From: Hyphochytrium catenoides
Lineage: Eukaryota > Protista > Hyphochytriomycota
Reading direction: 5' to 3'
Length of the DNA stretch: 64,000 nucleotides
NCBI GenBank assembly: GCA_900088475.1
Contig: FLMG01000941.1
Coordinates: forward strand, 397,741-461,740
Below the pieces are notes generated by a model. The model saw only the letters and a list, made by a program, of their open reading frames with translations, did no database searches and was not told where the DNA came from. The translations under genes and the position numbers were made by a program. Positions 39,101 to 51,951 of this stretch are shown here, one piece after another; position 1 is the stretch's first letter, and the number at the start of each line of letters is the position of its first letter.

Positions 39101-41691
39101 GAAAACTGAAGGCCCCAGCAACACACCTGAAGCATGTCTCCCAGCCTGTAGAAGAGCTTCTTCATCCTCTTGACTTCATAATGAGTCCTTTTAAATCGGT
39201 AGAAGGAGCTCTCAAGTCGGAGGAGAGAAGGCTTCAGCTCCGCTGAGGGAGAGAGAGGTCTAGAAGAAGCGGAGACCGCTGACGATTTCAGAAGGCCCTT
39301 TAGCAACTCTTCTCCAGTGGTTGATTGGGGTTTGACATGACGTAGTCTTTTTATCTTCGACTCTATCTCGTGCGTCATCAAACCCTTTAGAGCCTAAAGC
39401 GAGAAAGTTGATGGAGGAAGAAAATGAAGCCAATCATCAGAGGGTAATGGAGGCGCCACGAGGAGACAGTCACCAACTCGATGCGTTATCGCCCAGACAC
39501 TGAGATGTAAATGGTGATGGAGAGAGCTAAGGATATGAGAAGAAAACATGGACAAATTTCATACAAAGACCGCGAAGTAGAGGCCACTCTAAGAAAAGTA
39601 TAAGCGAGATGAAGTAAGGGTCTGGCTGGTATTCAAGAAGAGGAAGTACCTCAGCTAGATCCTCGAACGAGGGTGCCGTCTCCTGCAGATATTTGTCCTT
39701 CACGAGGTTGTCCGCTAATAAAGGGGGCAGCGGATATACCGTGTCTCCTCCTTCGGCCAGAACAGCCACAGTATCATGCAGGGCTCCTAGACTGAGGGAC
39801 GGAGGAGCCAGGGGTGAGTCGGGGAGGGCAATGAGAAGGATGGCAGCCTTGATATACTAAAAAGACAAGGCCAGCCCAACGGGAAAAGCAGGTTGCAGAG
39901 GATAAGAGTTGTAAAGGTAGAAGAACCAGAGTAAAGCTAGAAAAGATACAAGCGACACCAAGAAGGGACCCAAAGGAGAAAGCCGGGGAGACGGGAGGTA
40001 AAGGGCAAGAGTAAGAGGATAAGAAGGAAACGAAGAGATCGACGATGACAAGAGACTACGAAGGGAGAAGATAGAGCTCGTATTGGCTTCCGTTGAAAGT
40101 CTCTTACAGCTCGGTAGTGACCTCTTCAAACTCTTTCTCACACTTCTGGTCTTCGCTTCTCCTGCTGTTCCAGATAAGGACGTAGTCCACATCGCTTGCC
40201 TTTGAGCCGAAGAGAGAAATCGAGCTGCCGAACATCTCCACACTGCAGGAGTCATCTAGACGTCGTCTGAACGTATCTTCCAGCTTTCTCTTCACCCGCA
40301 GCCGCCTCGCCAGATCCTGAAATAGAGAGATGAGGAGAATTCGACGATGCAAGAGGCCTCTTAGAAAGAGCTTCAACAGGGCATATTCCAGAGAATCTTT
40401 CGGTCAATCTAGACAGAAGAGAGTAAAGAGGTCATTTTGATAGCAAAGTTAACAGACGACGGCAAAGAAAGGGAGAAAGTTGGAATGAAGAGAAGGAATG
40501 GGCTGGTGACTGAGCGCACCTCCGGGCCACAGAGGTAGTCCTCCGCCCTTTCACGCAAGCAACCGTCCAAATGCTGTCTCAAAGCGGGTGAGAGGATGTT
40601 GCAGGCACTCTGACCCTCTACCGTCCGGAGGCGCAGAAAGTCAGCCTCAAACTGCCGGTGTGCGCTTCCCAAGCTTTTCACACAGTTATGCAACACGAGC
40701 CCAGAGACAAAGGGTGGAGAAGGAACGAGAAAGAGAATGAAAGAGTCAGCGCCAGGAGATGCATAGCCGGGATAACAGCAAGTGCTGGAGCTTAAGGATC
40801 GATTGCAGCGGAGAGCCAGACAGAGACTAGACGTAAAGAGTATTTTGAGGTGATCGAGCGCCCAGAGAGGCAGTAGAACAAGAACGAGAGCGAGGAGACT
40901 GGAATCTAGAAGAGTAGAAGCTGGCTTCAAGCATAGAGTGAAGTCTCGACGGAGTCAAGAGAGATCTGTTGGACCTCAGTATAGCTGATGCTTGCTTCTT
41001 AGTGAATTTCTTGCATCCTGCGAGTTTATCAAGGATCCGCTGGAGTTGCTCAAACTCTCTGGAGCGGTCCTGTGAGCAATCTTCCCTCAGCAAGAAGTAC
41101 ACGGCCTTCACAGCCTCCAGGCAGGCGGCAGGAACGCCATTCGTCTGCAGCTTGGTGTCTATCAACTCATCCGTGGCTGCTTCAAGACGCTCTAAGGCTC
41201 TCTCAAGGCTAGACATCGCGGACAGCTAAAGTTAGTGGGACGAAAAAGATACACCGTGTATCCATAGAAAGAAGACAGAGTAGAAGGACGGCCATCATCT
41301 TGGAAGAGGAGGGGACTGAGGAGACGCAGCGCGGATTGACGCCCTTGTCCCAACGTCTGCCTGTCAGGTCTTTCATCCCGCCAACTCATCCCAATCTTCC
41401 GTTGCCCTCTCTACCTGAAGTCTTCTCAGATTCGTTAGTCTCCTTCTCCGCTTGTCTCTTCTCCATCTCTCACCTTAGACCCTCGGCTTGGGCCTTCTTC
41501 TTGCGCAGAGCTCTGCTAATACCTCTAAAGGCTGCCTCAAGCAGTCCTGTCGGACTGTCCGTCAGAAACTGGTCCTCCTCCTCTTCTTCTTTCTTTCTGT
41601 CTTCCTCCGTCTCCAGTTGTGAGAGCGCACTCTCCAGGTCTATCATTGACGGGATCCTTTCCTCTTCGTCTTCGCCTCCTCCTGCTGCCAT
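36183..41691 (-). CDS. Cid1/GLD-2-like non-canonical poly(A)/poly(U) RNA nucleotidyltransferase with RGG-rich C-terminus (ends approximate)
   Basis: VEMFGSSISLFGSKASDVDYVL (GS...DxD), ARVPIVKFHD...[60 protein letters not shown] and LSIQDPMETSHDLG (PAP-associated domain). Confidence 0.88.
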
Positions 41692-42640
41692 ATCTTCTCT
41701 AGCCAGAAAATCATTTCCCTCTTCCCAGGGTAATTCCGGCTCCTACGTGACGCTTGTCAGCTGCTTCCTCTATTTTCTAGGGTGGAGCACGATACCTGTC
41801 CCAGCACCTCCGCCGCCATCTGACCGGAGACCTGATTCCTTGCTCTCTCCTTCCTTACTTGTCAGCCGTTAAAGAAGCTGTTTGTCTGAGGGCGGGAGGC
41901 TTCTACTCTTGCCTCTCATCCACCTTGCTTACTCTTATGAGCCAGCTCTCAGGGCCTGCGCTGCTGGGAGGACACCTGCACCCAGATCTCTGACGCTTCA
42001 GACAGAGGCCGATGCCGCATCTGCAGATTTCTCTTCAGACTGAGATTCGCCTGAATCGTCATTGCCCACGGCGTTCGTAGTTGTTGTTCAGCAGTCAGTT
42101 CTGGCCCCTCACCACAGTAGTTCTACGACATACATGCACACAACTGTACAGCTGGGAACTTTCATCCCGAAGAGAAGCGCCGCTGCGAAGGTGTGAGACG
42201 CGCCGCCAGCAACGAAAGCGGACATGCTCCATGCTTTCTGGGCAGGCGTAGCGTCCACTGAGGAGGAAAGGAAAGAGCGACGACGGTTGATTGCAGAGGA
42301 AGTCTTCCGGACCCTCGCCACAGATTGGTCCCGCATCGTGTACGGATGAGTCATCTTCTCGCTCTGTCCAGGGAGAGTTCCTGCACGCATCCTATTTCAG
42401 CTGGCGCAGTCAAGAGATAGTTAGGCACCCCAGGAAAGAAAGTGCCAGTAAAGAGGAGGAAGATGCGGCAAAGGGATGGTGCTGCACCGCCGCTGTTGCC
42501 CGCGGCAGACCTAGGCGACAAGAGCTGGTACTTCTCATGCCGAAGGGTAAGGTCGCAACTATAAGAGCTTAGGAACCGCTCTATTTAGCTCCAGCGGGCT
42601 GATGGGCTCCGCCTCCACTAACCGTTCTGTGGTGCTGACA

Positions 42641-44656
42641 GTCCCATCATCCATTTTCTCTGTCGCTCGCTCTGCTCCTTGGGTGTCCTGCAACTCACAG
42701 CCACGCCTCAGCTAACTCGAAGAATTCAGTCACGCCTCAGAGCTCTGGTGGCTTCCTCGCCTCCGTCTCTCACGCTTCTGCTTAAGCTCTGGCTGACCGC
42801 TGGAAGTCTCTTCGGCGTGCTGGCGATGGTCCTGAGTTTCTTCTTCCTTGCAATAAATGTACTTCAAGTCCTGATGCCGGAGGCTGCTAAGGAGGCGCAT
42901 CTTTCTCCCCTTGCTTCCTCAATCTCCTTGATACTTCCCGGGGTAACCTCTCCCCTATCTCAAATTCCGTCGCTCTGGCTTGCCGTTGGACTGTCGGTCT
43001 TTGTGGTGAGTCTCTTCTCTTTGAGCTGCTTCACCTAGATTCCCTTTCGTACTTTCACCGTGCCTCACGGCTTTGCTTAAGTAGCATGAGGCTGGCCATG
43101 CCTTGGCCGCGGCTCTGAATGGTGTGAAGATCCAATCTTTTGGCATCTTTCTGGCACTGTTAGTTCCTGGAGCCTTTGTCCAGCTTGCTCAGCCCGAGAC
43201 TTCTGTGAGCAGAGCGAAACGTCTGAGTATCTACATGGCAGGTGTCTGGCACAATGCGGTATGTTATTGGGGAGAAAGGTGACAGACCGAGCTTGCATAT
43301 CACGGAATGGTTAGTCGCTAGTGAATCTAAGGCAAGGAAATTGTGGCCAATAAGCAGGACAGTCAAATAGTGGATGACATCATCAGATATGTCCTAGGAG
43401 ACCAGAGCAATGAAGAAGAGGCTGGGGGATCGAGGGACCACAGCGCTAATATGCTGATCTGCTGTCTGGCTTCTCCTCTCTCGGTGATCCTTGGACATCC
43501 ACAAAGGTTCTGTGCGGCCTTTGTCTCCTATCCTTACGCCTGCTGCCCTGGCTCTTGCTGCCTCTTTACCTTTCTGGCGGTCCACCAGTAGTGGTCTCAG
43601 TTCACTCCCGCAGCGCGCTGGCGGAGGTAATTTCTGCAGGTGATGCAATACTGCCTCTCAGACTTTCTCTTTCTGGCAGACTGTCATTCAGGACGCTAGC
43701 TTCTTACTGGTTCCTCTCTATCTTGCGCTATCAAAGCTTCGTGTGACCATTTGTGAGCTTCTTCCATCCTTCCCTATTATAAATCTCCCGCCCTTAGTCT
43801 CCCGCATCGCTCCAGGATCTATCTCTGACAGTATCTACAGCCATCCAGAGGAAAACGGACTAGATTGCTGTTTGTCGTCATACCCACGCATCCTCACCTC
43901 TGACTAAAAACTCTTATCCTGTCTCATTAAGGTTCGCAGCTGACCGGCCTTGGTGACTTAACCATTGAAAACTGGGCAGATCTGCAACGCGGAGGGATGG
44001 AGAGAGATGCCAGCTTCTGTCTGCCGAACTCAGTGCGCGGGACTTACAGAACAGATCCAGAGGCCGAGAACGCTATTTGCTACCACTACGATGGTTCGGT
44101 CGGTAGCGGGCGTATGGAGACCATTAGAGACTGCCTCAATCTAAAAGCTCTTCAGCACACCTGGTACTCCTCTTGCAGCTCCAACAGGGACTGCACCAGT
44201 GAAGCGAGCTGGCAAGAAGATGAGGAAGTTTGCTGCACTCTTGATAATGTCCATCCTGTGGAAGAGCAATATCTGCGGCTTCGGGTGCGGGCGAAATCTG
44301 AGGAGCAGATATTGCTTTACCAGGGAAAACGAGAGGATATCCTCCAGGCCTTGAAGCTGAGCCCATTCAGTCCGCGGTCTATTCTCCTCTTCCTAAGTAG
44401 CAAGCTTGGCCGTCAAGGGGAGAGCCTTTGTATGCTGCTTCCATCTTATCTCGCTTTTTTCTTGCGGCAACTCTTTTCTCTCTCAGCATCTCTTGCCTTC
44501 ATCAATGCGGCGCCGGTGCATTATCTAGACGGAGAGCGAAGTTTGAAGGCTCTGTTTCCCCATAATAAGGGCCTACAGAGGTTTATCCTCTTCTCCGGCG
44601 ACTTACTCCTTGCTCTCACTCTCGTCAAGTCTTCCAGACAACTATTCCAGGCCTAG
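42641..44656 (+). CDS. MBTPS2: site-2 protease (peptidase M50A, MBTPS2-like); start exon uncertain
   Basis: LILPGV..P; V|HEAGHALAA zinc motif formed across an intron; GAFV; IYMAGVWHN; Cys-rich insert; NAAPVHYLDG (NxxPxxxLDG). Confidence 0.88.
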
Positions 44657-45012
44657 GCTTTCTGTTGGAAGGACTGTTTAGAGCGCTGCATTTCTTCACA
44701 CGGATTCACTATTTATCGCTTGCTAGCTGCACTGGACCCACTATTTATGGCTTTCTAGCTGATCTGCCTGTTTTTTTACCTTCCTCACCCCTTTTGCTCG
44801 AGCCAAAAAGATCTACTTTGTGATGAAGCCCCTTCATTACAATCGCACATCGCTTAAAAACCCTAATTTTTGCCGCTGACAATGACACGCGGGGTCCAGG
44901 CTGCGGACCCGCCCTTGCCGCCCTGGGAGGTGGCGTCATCGCCCATTCCTTGCTTTCATGCAGTAGAGAGCATACTCTTCCCTGGCCAATAGTCGCACTT
45001 AACGTGAAAGCT

Positions 45013-47252
45013 TTACATCTTCATGTACACCTCGTCCCCGCTGTCATCTCCGTCCTCTGGGCTCAGTTGCCGTGCTAGCTTCTTGAACTCCTCACTTGTA
45101 GCTCTCCTTCTCTCTCTTGCCCTTTTCCGTCGTTCTCTCCAGTCGTCAAGGAAGCGGTAGCAGACGAGTCCAGCTAGAATCACCGCCAACCCCGCCACGT
45201 CTGTCCAGTGAAGCGGCTGGTGGTCCGGAACGAAAGGAAGAGTGAAGACCACATTCCCCATGGGGACCATCACCGTCATGGCCTGACGTAAAGTGGATGA
45301 TAGGCAGCGAGGGACGGTGCGACCGTTAGGATAGACAGCGAGGGAAGGACGTGAAGCTATGGGTGAGGTATTCCGCCTTTGACAGTGAATAAAGGAGGAG
45401 AGGGCAGGCAGGAAGATACTAGAACAATAAACTTAGAGATACCAGGACAGCAAACACTAGAAAGGAGGGACAGTAGGAAGCTGTGGCACTTACCAGGAAG
45501 AGAACGTTGGCACTGGAATACTTGAGGATAAGGATGATCAGCAGATTGTAGAACACGTTGAAGGCCAGGTAGACATTGACATACACCGGAGCCAGCGCGC
45601 AGTTGTCCGGGTGTCGCCCACTATGGACAGAATCTTGACCTAGATAGCAGAGCATCCCCTGGCGCAGATGGTTCCACAATTGGCCGGGTAGGACCTGTGG
45701 GGTTGAAGCCTGAAAGTAGGAGACGTTAGTTTCGGCATCTTAACTTCTTATAGCGGTTCCTAGCTCCTCAGACGTACCAGCCCGGACGGGATCATGAGAG
45801 GCAGAGAGAGAAGAAGCTGAAAGATGGCAATCCAGCCGTTGAGGTACATCGGGTCCATCTCTGTCTCAGCCAGTGCGATCTCCTTGTAAACAGACGAAAG
45901 ACACATCGGTACGCAGCTTAAAATCATCACTGTGGCCCAGAGAATCACCGCCTCCCCTTCCCCACCGCCGTGCAACGAGGGGGAGAGGACAATAAGCAAG
46001 CCCACAGCGACCACAGAGGCGCCGACGTACTGCGTAACAGAGTATTTTACATTGAGCAGCATCTTTGAGATGAGCATCGAGACGGGAATGGCTGATTGTG
46101 AGAGTAGGATAAGCAGTGCGCCCGGTAGATAGGTTGCCGCAAACACCTGCATTATGCCTTTATGGCGCACAATGTGAGAGTAGGTTGATACAGAGAGAGA
46201 AAGAGACATGGATTCGACCACCCAGCAAGGCGGCAGTTATTGCAGGCGGGAAATAAGATCAAACACGGCTAAGAAGATAAAAATTGAGGTAAAGGGCACA
46301 CAGAAGCAAAAAATAGGAGGACACAGCGGAGCAGTAGGTCACTCAATCTACTCTGATAAGGAGACAGAAGAGACCGCAACCTGACATCGCGTCCAACGTG
46401 CCCATCACCGCAAATGTCCTCTTGGGTACAGCGCGTTGCTCCGCCGTAATTTGAGAGCCCCATCGTATCATTGGCAGTATATAGGCAAAGCTGATGGGGA
46501 TCTGAGAACAGAGCCAAAGAGATTCGTTTCAGAGAAACCCGGGAGAGGAGGTAGCAAGGCAAAAGATTATTCCAGAAAAGGGTAGGAGAAATTTGCAGAG
46601 ACGACAGGAGAAGGAGAAGACAGACAGAGGAAGAGGTCAAAAAAGATATGATAGCTGCCTCCTCAAAGATATCCTTACATAGACGCAGGTGCTGACAGAC
46701 AGATGAAGATGTCAAAGAGAAGATAAAATAGCTGCCTTCTCAAGGATATCCTTACATAAACGCAGGTGGTGAGGAGGTTTAGAAAAATGGGATAGTTGTA
46801 CATCGGGATCGTCTGGAGCCTGCGAGGAGCGCGGAGGCGGCGGTCAGTGGCGACGGCAAATGCACCGAGAAGGGCAAACGTGAGGGTACAATAAGATGCG
46901 TCCACTTACTTCTGGAAGACTGTAATTCGTGAGAGTCGAGAGGGATGCGCAGGCGAAGAAACGGGGAAACAACTTGGTGAGATGCAGGGGTCAGAAGGGG
47001 CAATCATTCTCCCTGACCTTTGTTTCCTAACCCGATGAGGACCATCAGCAAAAAGGAAATCAGCAAAGAGCGCGAGTTATCCTGTCCGTTGCCCTGCCCA
47101 TCCTCCTCTTCGTCTTTCTGCTCCGGCTTCGGGGCAGGGGGCGGCAGAAGAAGCTCCTCCACTTCAAGCTCCTCGGAGAGCCTCCGGGGGGTGTGCCGTT
47201 TGAGCTCCACTTCCTCTTGCGTCCGCCACTCAGGAGACTTAATGTTCTCCAT
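45013..47252 (-). CDS. chloroquine-resistance-transporter-like (CRT/CLT) DMT-superfamily transporter, multi-exon
   Basis: LMVLIGLGNK, LQTIPMYNYPIFLNLLTT, PKRTFAVMGTLDA, LPGALLILLSQSAIPVSM, CVPMCLSSVYKE, YLNGWIAIFQ, FNVFYNLLIILILKYSSAN. Confidence 0.88.
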
Positions 47253-48032
47253 CACTCTTGCTCCTTCGCCCGGCGCCTACCGCTTCCGACGAGCTGCCTC
47301 CCTTTCTGCCCGCGTCCTACTCCGCGCTAGTCCTGCTTCCCTCTCTACCGGCAAGCCCAATAGGAATCTGGATGTGCCAAAGCTGCACCAACCCGTAAAC
47401 GGCGCAGAGATTGGTGCATCCAAAACGCTCGGAAGAAGTGCCAGGAGCTGTATGGCTCAGTAGGCCGATGGCGATGGAGCAGCACAGAAGCTTCTTCTCA
47501 GTGCAGACTGGAGACTTCTGGGAAAGTGCCTTCGAGCGCGGGAGGAAGGATCCGCCTCAGGAGGTTCCGACGTTACTCCGACGGTACAGTAAGTTGAAGC
47601 CCCGCCGCCTTCCTGCTCCGGGAGGTGTACCCGACGTACTACACATAACAACAACATCCAACTGGGAGAGGGAGCTAAGTAAAGCGAGAGGGAGCTGGGA
47701 AGCTGCTGCGTCTGTACTGTCAAAGCGATTAAGAATACCGGTATACATAACTGTGATAGACATGGCCATATTATAAATCCTCACGCACCGTTCCTGTCCG
47801 TTAGCGGCCTTGCTATTGGCTTTCCTAGAGCTCTGTCCAGTGCTCCGCTGAGGCACAGATTAGAGCCTCAAGCTCGGCAACAACAGAACGAAATCTGAAG
47901 ATTTGAAGCTCAGACCCCTCCAAGTTTAGGCTCAGGCGCCTTGGATCTGGGCAGATTCTGTCTTCTTTGTATCCGCTTTACTCCTGAGAATCAGTGACAG
48001 CAGAGAGCTAGGCATACCTACGTCCTTTCAAA

Positions 48033-48845
48033 ATGGGAGGAAACGCCACCGGCGAAGACCAGAAGAAGACAAATCCCGAAGATGAGATCAGCTGCGCCGA
48101 GAGGGCTGCGGTAGTTGGGGTACGGTAGGCCTCCTGTTCGCCCATGTTGATTATAAAAGTCTAAGTCCCTAGACCTCGTGCAGGCAACTGGAGCTTTTAT
48201 GGGAACTATCTTCGGCGCTTCAAAAGCGTCTATCTTTCCTCCAGAGTATCTAAAACGGCCAGGTAGATACTCTCAAAACAGCCCTCGCCGCATTCGTCCA
48301 GAAAGGTGAAAAAGTCTCACGCTTGTCCATCTTACCAGAATTTGCACTTAGAAAGGAGTCCATGGCCTTCACCTACGCCATGGGACAGGTCGGGCGCTAT
48401 GCATTTGCCTTGGGCCTGGTCGGCGTCACTTTTGTCTCAACAGAGTGCCTCCTGGTAACCCTTGGCAACCTCTACTTCTCTCATCCGTGCATGTTTTGAT
48501 ATCATTCGCTATCCGTTCAAGGAAAATGTTCGACACAAGAAAGATTATGTGAATCCGTTCGGCGCGGGTCTGGTGACAGGTGGCGCCCTGGGATTGATCA
48601 ATCGCAGTGTTAAGAAGGCAGGAATCTTCGCAGTAGCTATGGGCGTGGCAGCAGTCGCTGGGGAGGCACTGTACGAACAAACCCCTTATATTATTTAGCT
48701 CCCTTCCCTTTTATGACTTTCTCATCGCCAACACTGATCACTTTCTTTTTACCATGTCAGGGGCGGGACCTACCACCAGCGCGGACCTGTCAAGGATAAT
48801 GGTGATTTTTGGCAGCGTCACCACTATCCCTACCGGAAGGACTGA
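48033..48845 (+). CDS. Tim17/Tim22/Tim23-family membrane protein (possibly complex I B14.7/NDUFA11-like), 5 exons
   Basis: Spliced: SCAERAAVVG|ATGAFMGTIFGASKA...VGRYAFALGLVGVTFVSTECLL|ENVRHKKDYVNPFGAGLVTGGALG..., with the family R.K.D..N...G...G motif. Confidence 0.8.
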
Positions 48846-50349
48846 GCTCCCTTATGCCTTTCCTTTCTTTTTTATTCTCCACTTTCCTTCCTGTCCTTCT
48901 TGTCTGACTTCTAGGAGATTGCAATAATATCTATCTAACCTCTTAACCTTCACTGAGATGCTTCTTGATCACATCCTGACATATGTACACAGTTCCTCCT
49001 GAGACGCCAACACTGGCTCGATTAGCTAGTCGAAGGCGACAGAGGCTACGTTTATATGCGAAGTAGAAAGTTCGTGCCACAGCCCCGCCGATTACAGGCT
49101 ACAATGAGTGCATCTCTGGGCATTGGAGATCCATGGGTGGAGTGGTTCCTCAAAGGATGCGAATTAGTCGCTGGCGCGAAGAAGAAACTGCAGGGTCCGC
49201 CCTTAGGATAGCATCCTTACAGTGACCCTGCACGAACGGAGGACCTCGAAGCTATTGCAACTTTTGATTGCCCGCTGGCTTTCACTTCCTGGCCTCTTGC
49301 TCGAGCTTCCTGACGCTCGCCTGAGGTGGAACGTCGTCCACCTATAGCACCACTTCAAGGCTAATCTTTGTCATTATCCCTCTCAGATCTTGAGTCCCTA
49401 CTTCCTCCCTCACAACCCTTGACTTATTGCCTAGTGATCCGCGGGTAAATCGCGAAGTCTAACTCCAGAAATGGAAATCTAGCTTTCGCGAGCAGGCTAA
49501 CAACATCCAACATACTAGATGGTAAGAGAGAGTAGGCCATGCGCTGGCGGTGATGATCTCAAAACTAAGATGAGAAGAAATGCGATGTGTTCGGGTTCTT
49601 TAGACTGGAAGCTCTGATCCCAGAGTGCATGCTGCCTCTCCTTAGGTGGTAAAGAGTTTAACTAGTCTGGGAGTTTATTCAGTTGCCCGCTGTCCCTTAA
49701 CATGATGGCGGCGCCGACTTAGGAGCTAACTTTGTCTCCTATCCACGGCGCTGCGAAGAGCTTGTCTCAGGCGGTACAGCGAAAGCTTTGGGTACGGGCC
49801 GCTAGTGTACCCTCCACCCGACCTGCCCAGCCGTGCGCTGCTCAAAAGCGGGCACGCAACTGCCTAGCCATTGTCTACAGATGTCTCCCCAGGGCATACC
49901 TTTCCATCTCCTTCCGTCACCTCTCTTTGCGGCCCTCTCTCCACGGCACCGTGGTAGTTGGCATAGGGGAAAGCGGGAGGAGGCCGCCCTTGACAATATC
50001 AGCCCCGCATTTCTGCTGACGGCAGCTCGTTGGCCGCGCCCTGCCTAAGGTCTAAGATAGCACGAGGACTGTTACAGGGTGGACCTTCTCCCTCATCTCA
50101 TTGTCCTTTGTCCTCTTCTCGCGTCCTGCTTGCTTCCCACTGTCAAAGGATCTATTCTAGGAACTTCTGTAACCTTCTCCTGGACTCCGTAACCCGAATC
50201 ATCTCCCTGTATCTTGTACAGTAGCTGTACCTTCGGCCGCTGGGGCAGCTAACGGCTAGCTCGGGGAGGGTAACCCCCTCTGGCATTTTCTTCACTTTGT
50301 ATCACGCCTCTTCGTGCCTTGCTTCTGTCTCTCTCGCTCCTGCTTTCGG

Positions 50350-50416
<67 letters not shown>

Positions 50417-50434
50417 CTCTCTCTCTCACACACA

Positions 50435-50468
<34 letters not shown>
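50350..50468. repeat. (CT)n/(CA)n compound microsatellite
   Basis: Seen directly. Confidence 0.95.
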
Positions 50469-50471
<3 letters not shown>

Positions 50472-50785
50472 CAGCTACCCGGTGGGCAGAGGAGAAGATC
50501 AAAGAGAGAAAGTGCAAACACCCAGAGACAAGAAGCGACAGAACCACCTGAAGGTAAGGATGAGTCAAGATGGAAAGAGACGCTTTCTATGAGGAGCGCT
50601 ACTGGGCCCGTTATATCTCTTCGCTCATCATCGTCCTTACCGGCAGGCTAAGAGGTGAAGCCCCAAATCGTTTCTCACTTCAGGCAGCACTAGAATAGCC
50701 CCTCGTCCGGAGAAATAAGCGCTCGCTCGACATCCACCTCCGGAGGCTCTCGTCTGCTTGAAAAGTCAAGAAGAGCTCTGGAGCC

Positions 50786-51951
50786 ATGTGTAAGGACGCC
50801 AGAGGCTCAACCTTCTTCAGCCTGAGGGAGTTTGAGCTTTCCCTCTCACCTTCACCCTCCTGCCCTCCTCTTATGCCTTACAGCTGGGGAGGAGCAGTTT
50901 GAGCGCCTGCTGGCCACCATCAACCAGATCTTCGTCTTCAAAATCCCTCCCCAAGTCTCAGCTACGGGCCACAGGTAAAGCTAACCGTCAATGCAATGAC
51001 CAACCAAGGATTTTTCCCAATCTCTATTTTCCACCGAGACACGCGGAGGACTTGCCCGCCAAAATCCGGTTTTGACGACTCTACCATTATCTCATCCTTT
51101 CTCTTCTCTCTTCCTTAATAGGGCTGCGGACTGGCCTCAGGAGCATAGCTGGGAGGGGATCTGTAAGATCTTCGGCCGCGGCGATGACGCGTTTATTCGT
51201 CTCGTAGACAGGAACTCCGGACAGCTCTTCGCTGAGGCCCCGATGCTGAAGGGAGGGCCGCCGGCAGTGATGAAAGGTTTGAGTTTGAATAGTAGTAGGA
51301 GGATACTCTCCATTTTACAAGGCCTTTTCTTCCCCTTTATCACGGAATACTGACATCTTGCGGGTTCCTGTGTTGATTGCAGTGACGGACAGCAGCAGGT
51401 ACTTTGTGCTCAGGATAGTTGACGGCGCCTCAGGTGATAGTCTATATCCTTCACTTCTCTGCCTTCTCTGTTGGGAGGACGTATTTCATAAGAGGAAAGA
51501 AATACTGAATAGAAGACAGATGTCTCATACCAATTCTTAGGGCGGCACGCTTTCATCGGAATTGGGTTCCAGCAGCGCAGCGATGCTTTTGACTTCAATG
51601 TGGCACTGGAGGACCATAAGGCTCAGCTGGAGAGGGAAAAGTCGGCCCAGGTGCAAGAGGCGACCAGCACGAAGGATTACTCTCTGAAAGAGGGGCAAAC
51701 CATCCACATTAAGCTCAACAGCGCGAAGAAGGTGCTATATACGCTGCTCGTACAACAGGTGAAACAGCACAGAGAAACCGACTAACAATCACTGTGAACC
51801 TGCAGAAGAAGGAGAAGGATGAATCTGGGGAGGATCACCGTCCAGCCGAAGCTCCAAACACGAGGTATTGGCGCACCAGTATCATCTCTTACTTACAAGT
51901 ACCTAATTCACAGTCTCGCCCTCTCTTAACAGTGGCTGGGTGACATTCTAG
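50786..51951 (+). CDS. NECAP: adaptin ear-binding coat-associated protein (NECAP), multi-exon
   Basis: IFVFKIPP...GHR|AADW, GQLFAEAP, VTDSSRYFVLRI, RHAFIGIGFQQRSDAFDFNVALEDH, KDYSLKEGQTIHIKL and C-terminal WVTF*. Confidence 0.93.

Noticed and set aside
49550-49617. Possible box C/D snoRNA (GTGATGA...CTGA)
   Set aside because: No convincing terminal stem or rRNA-complementary guide could be identified by eye.
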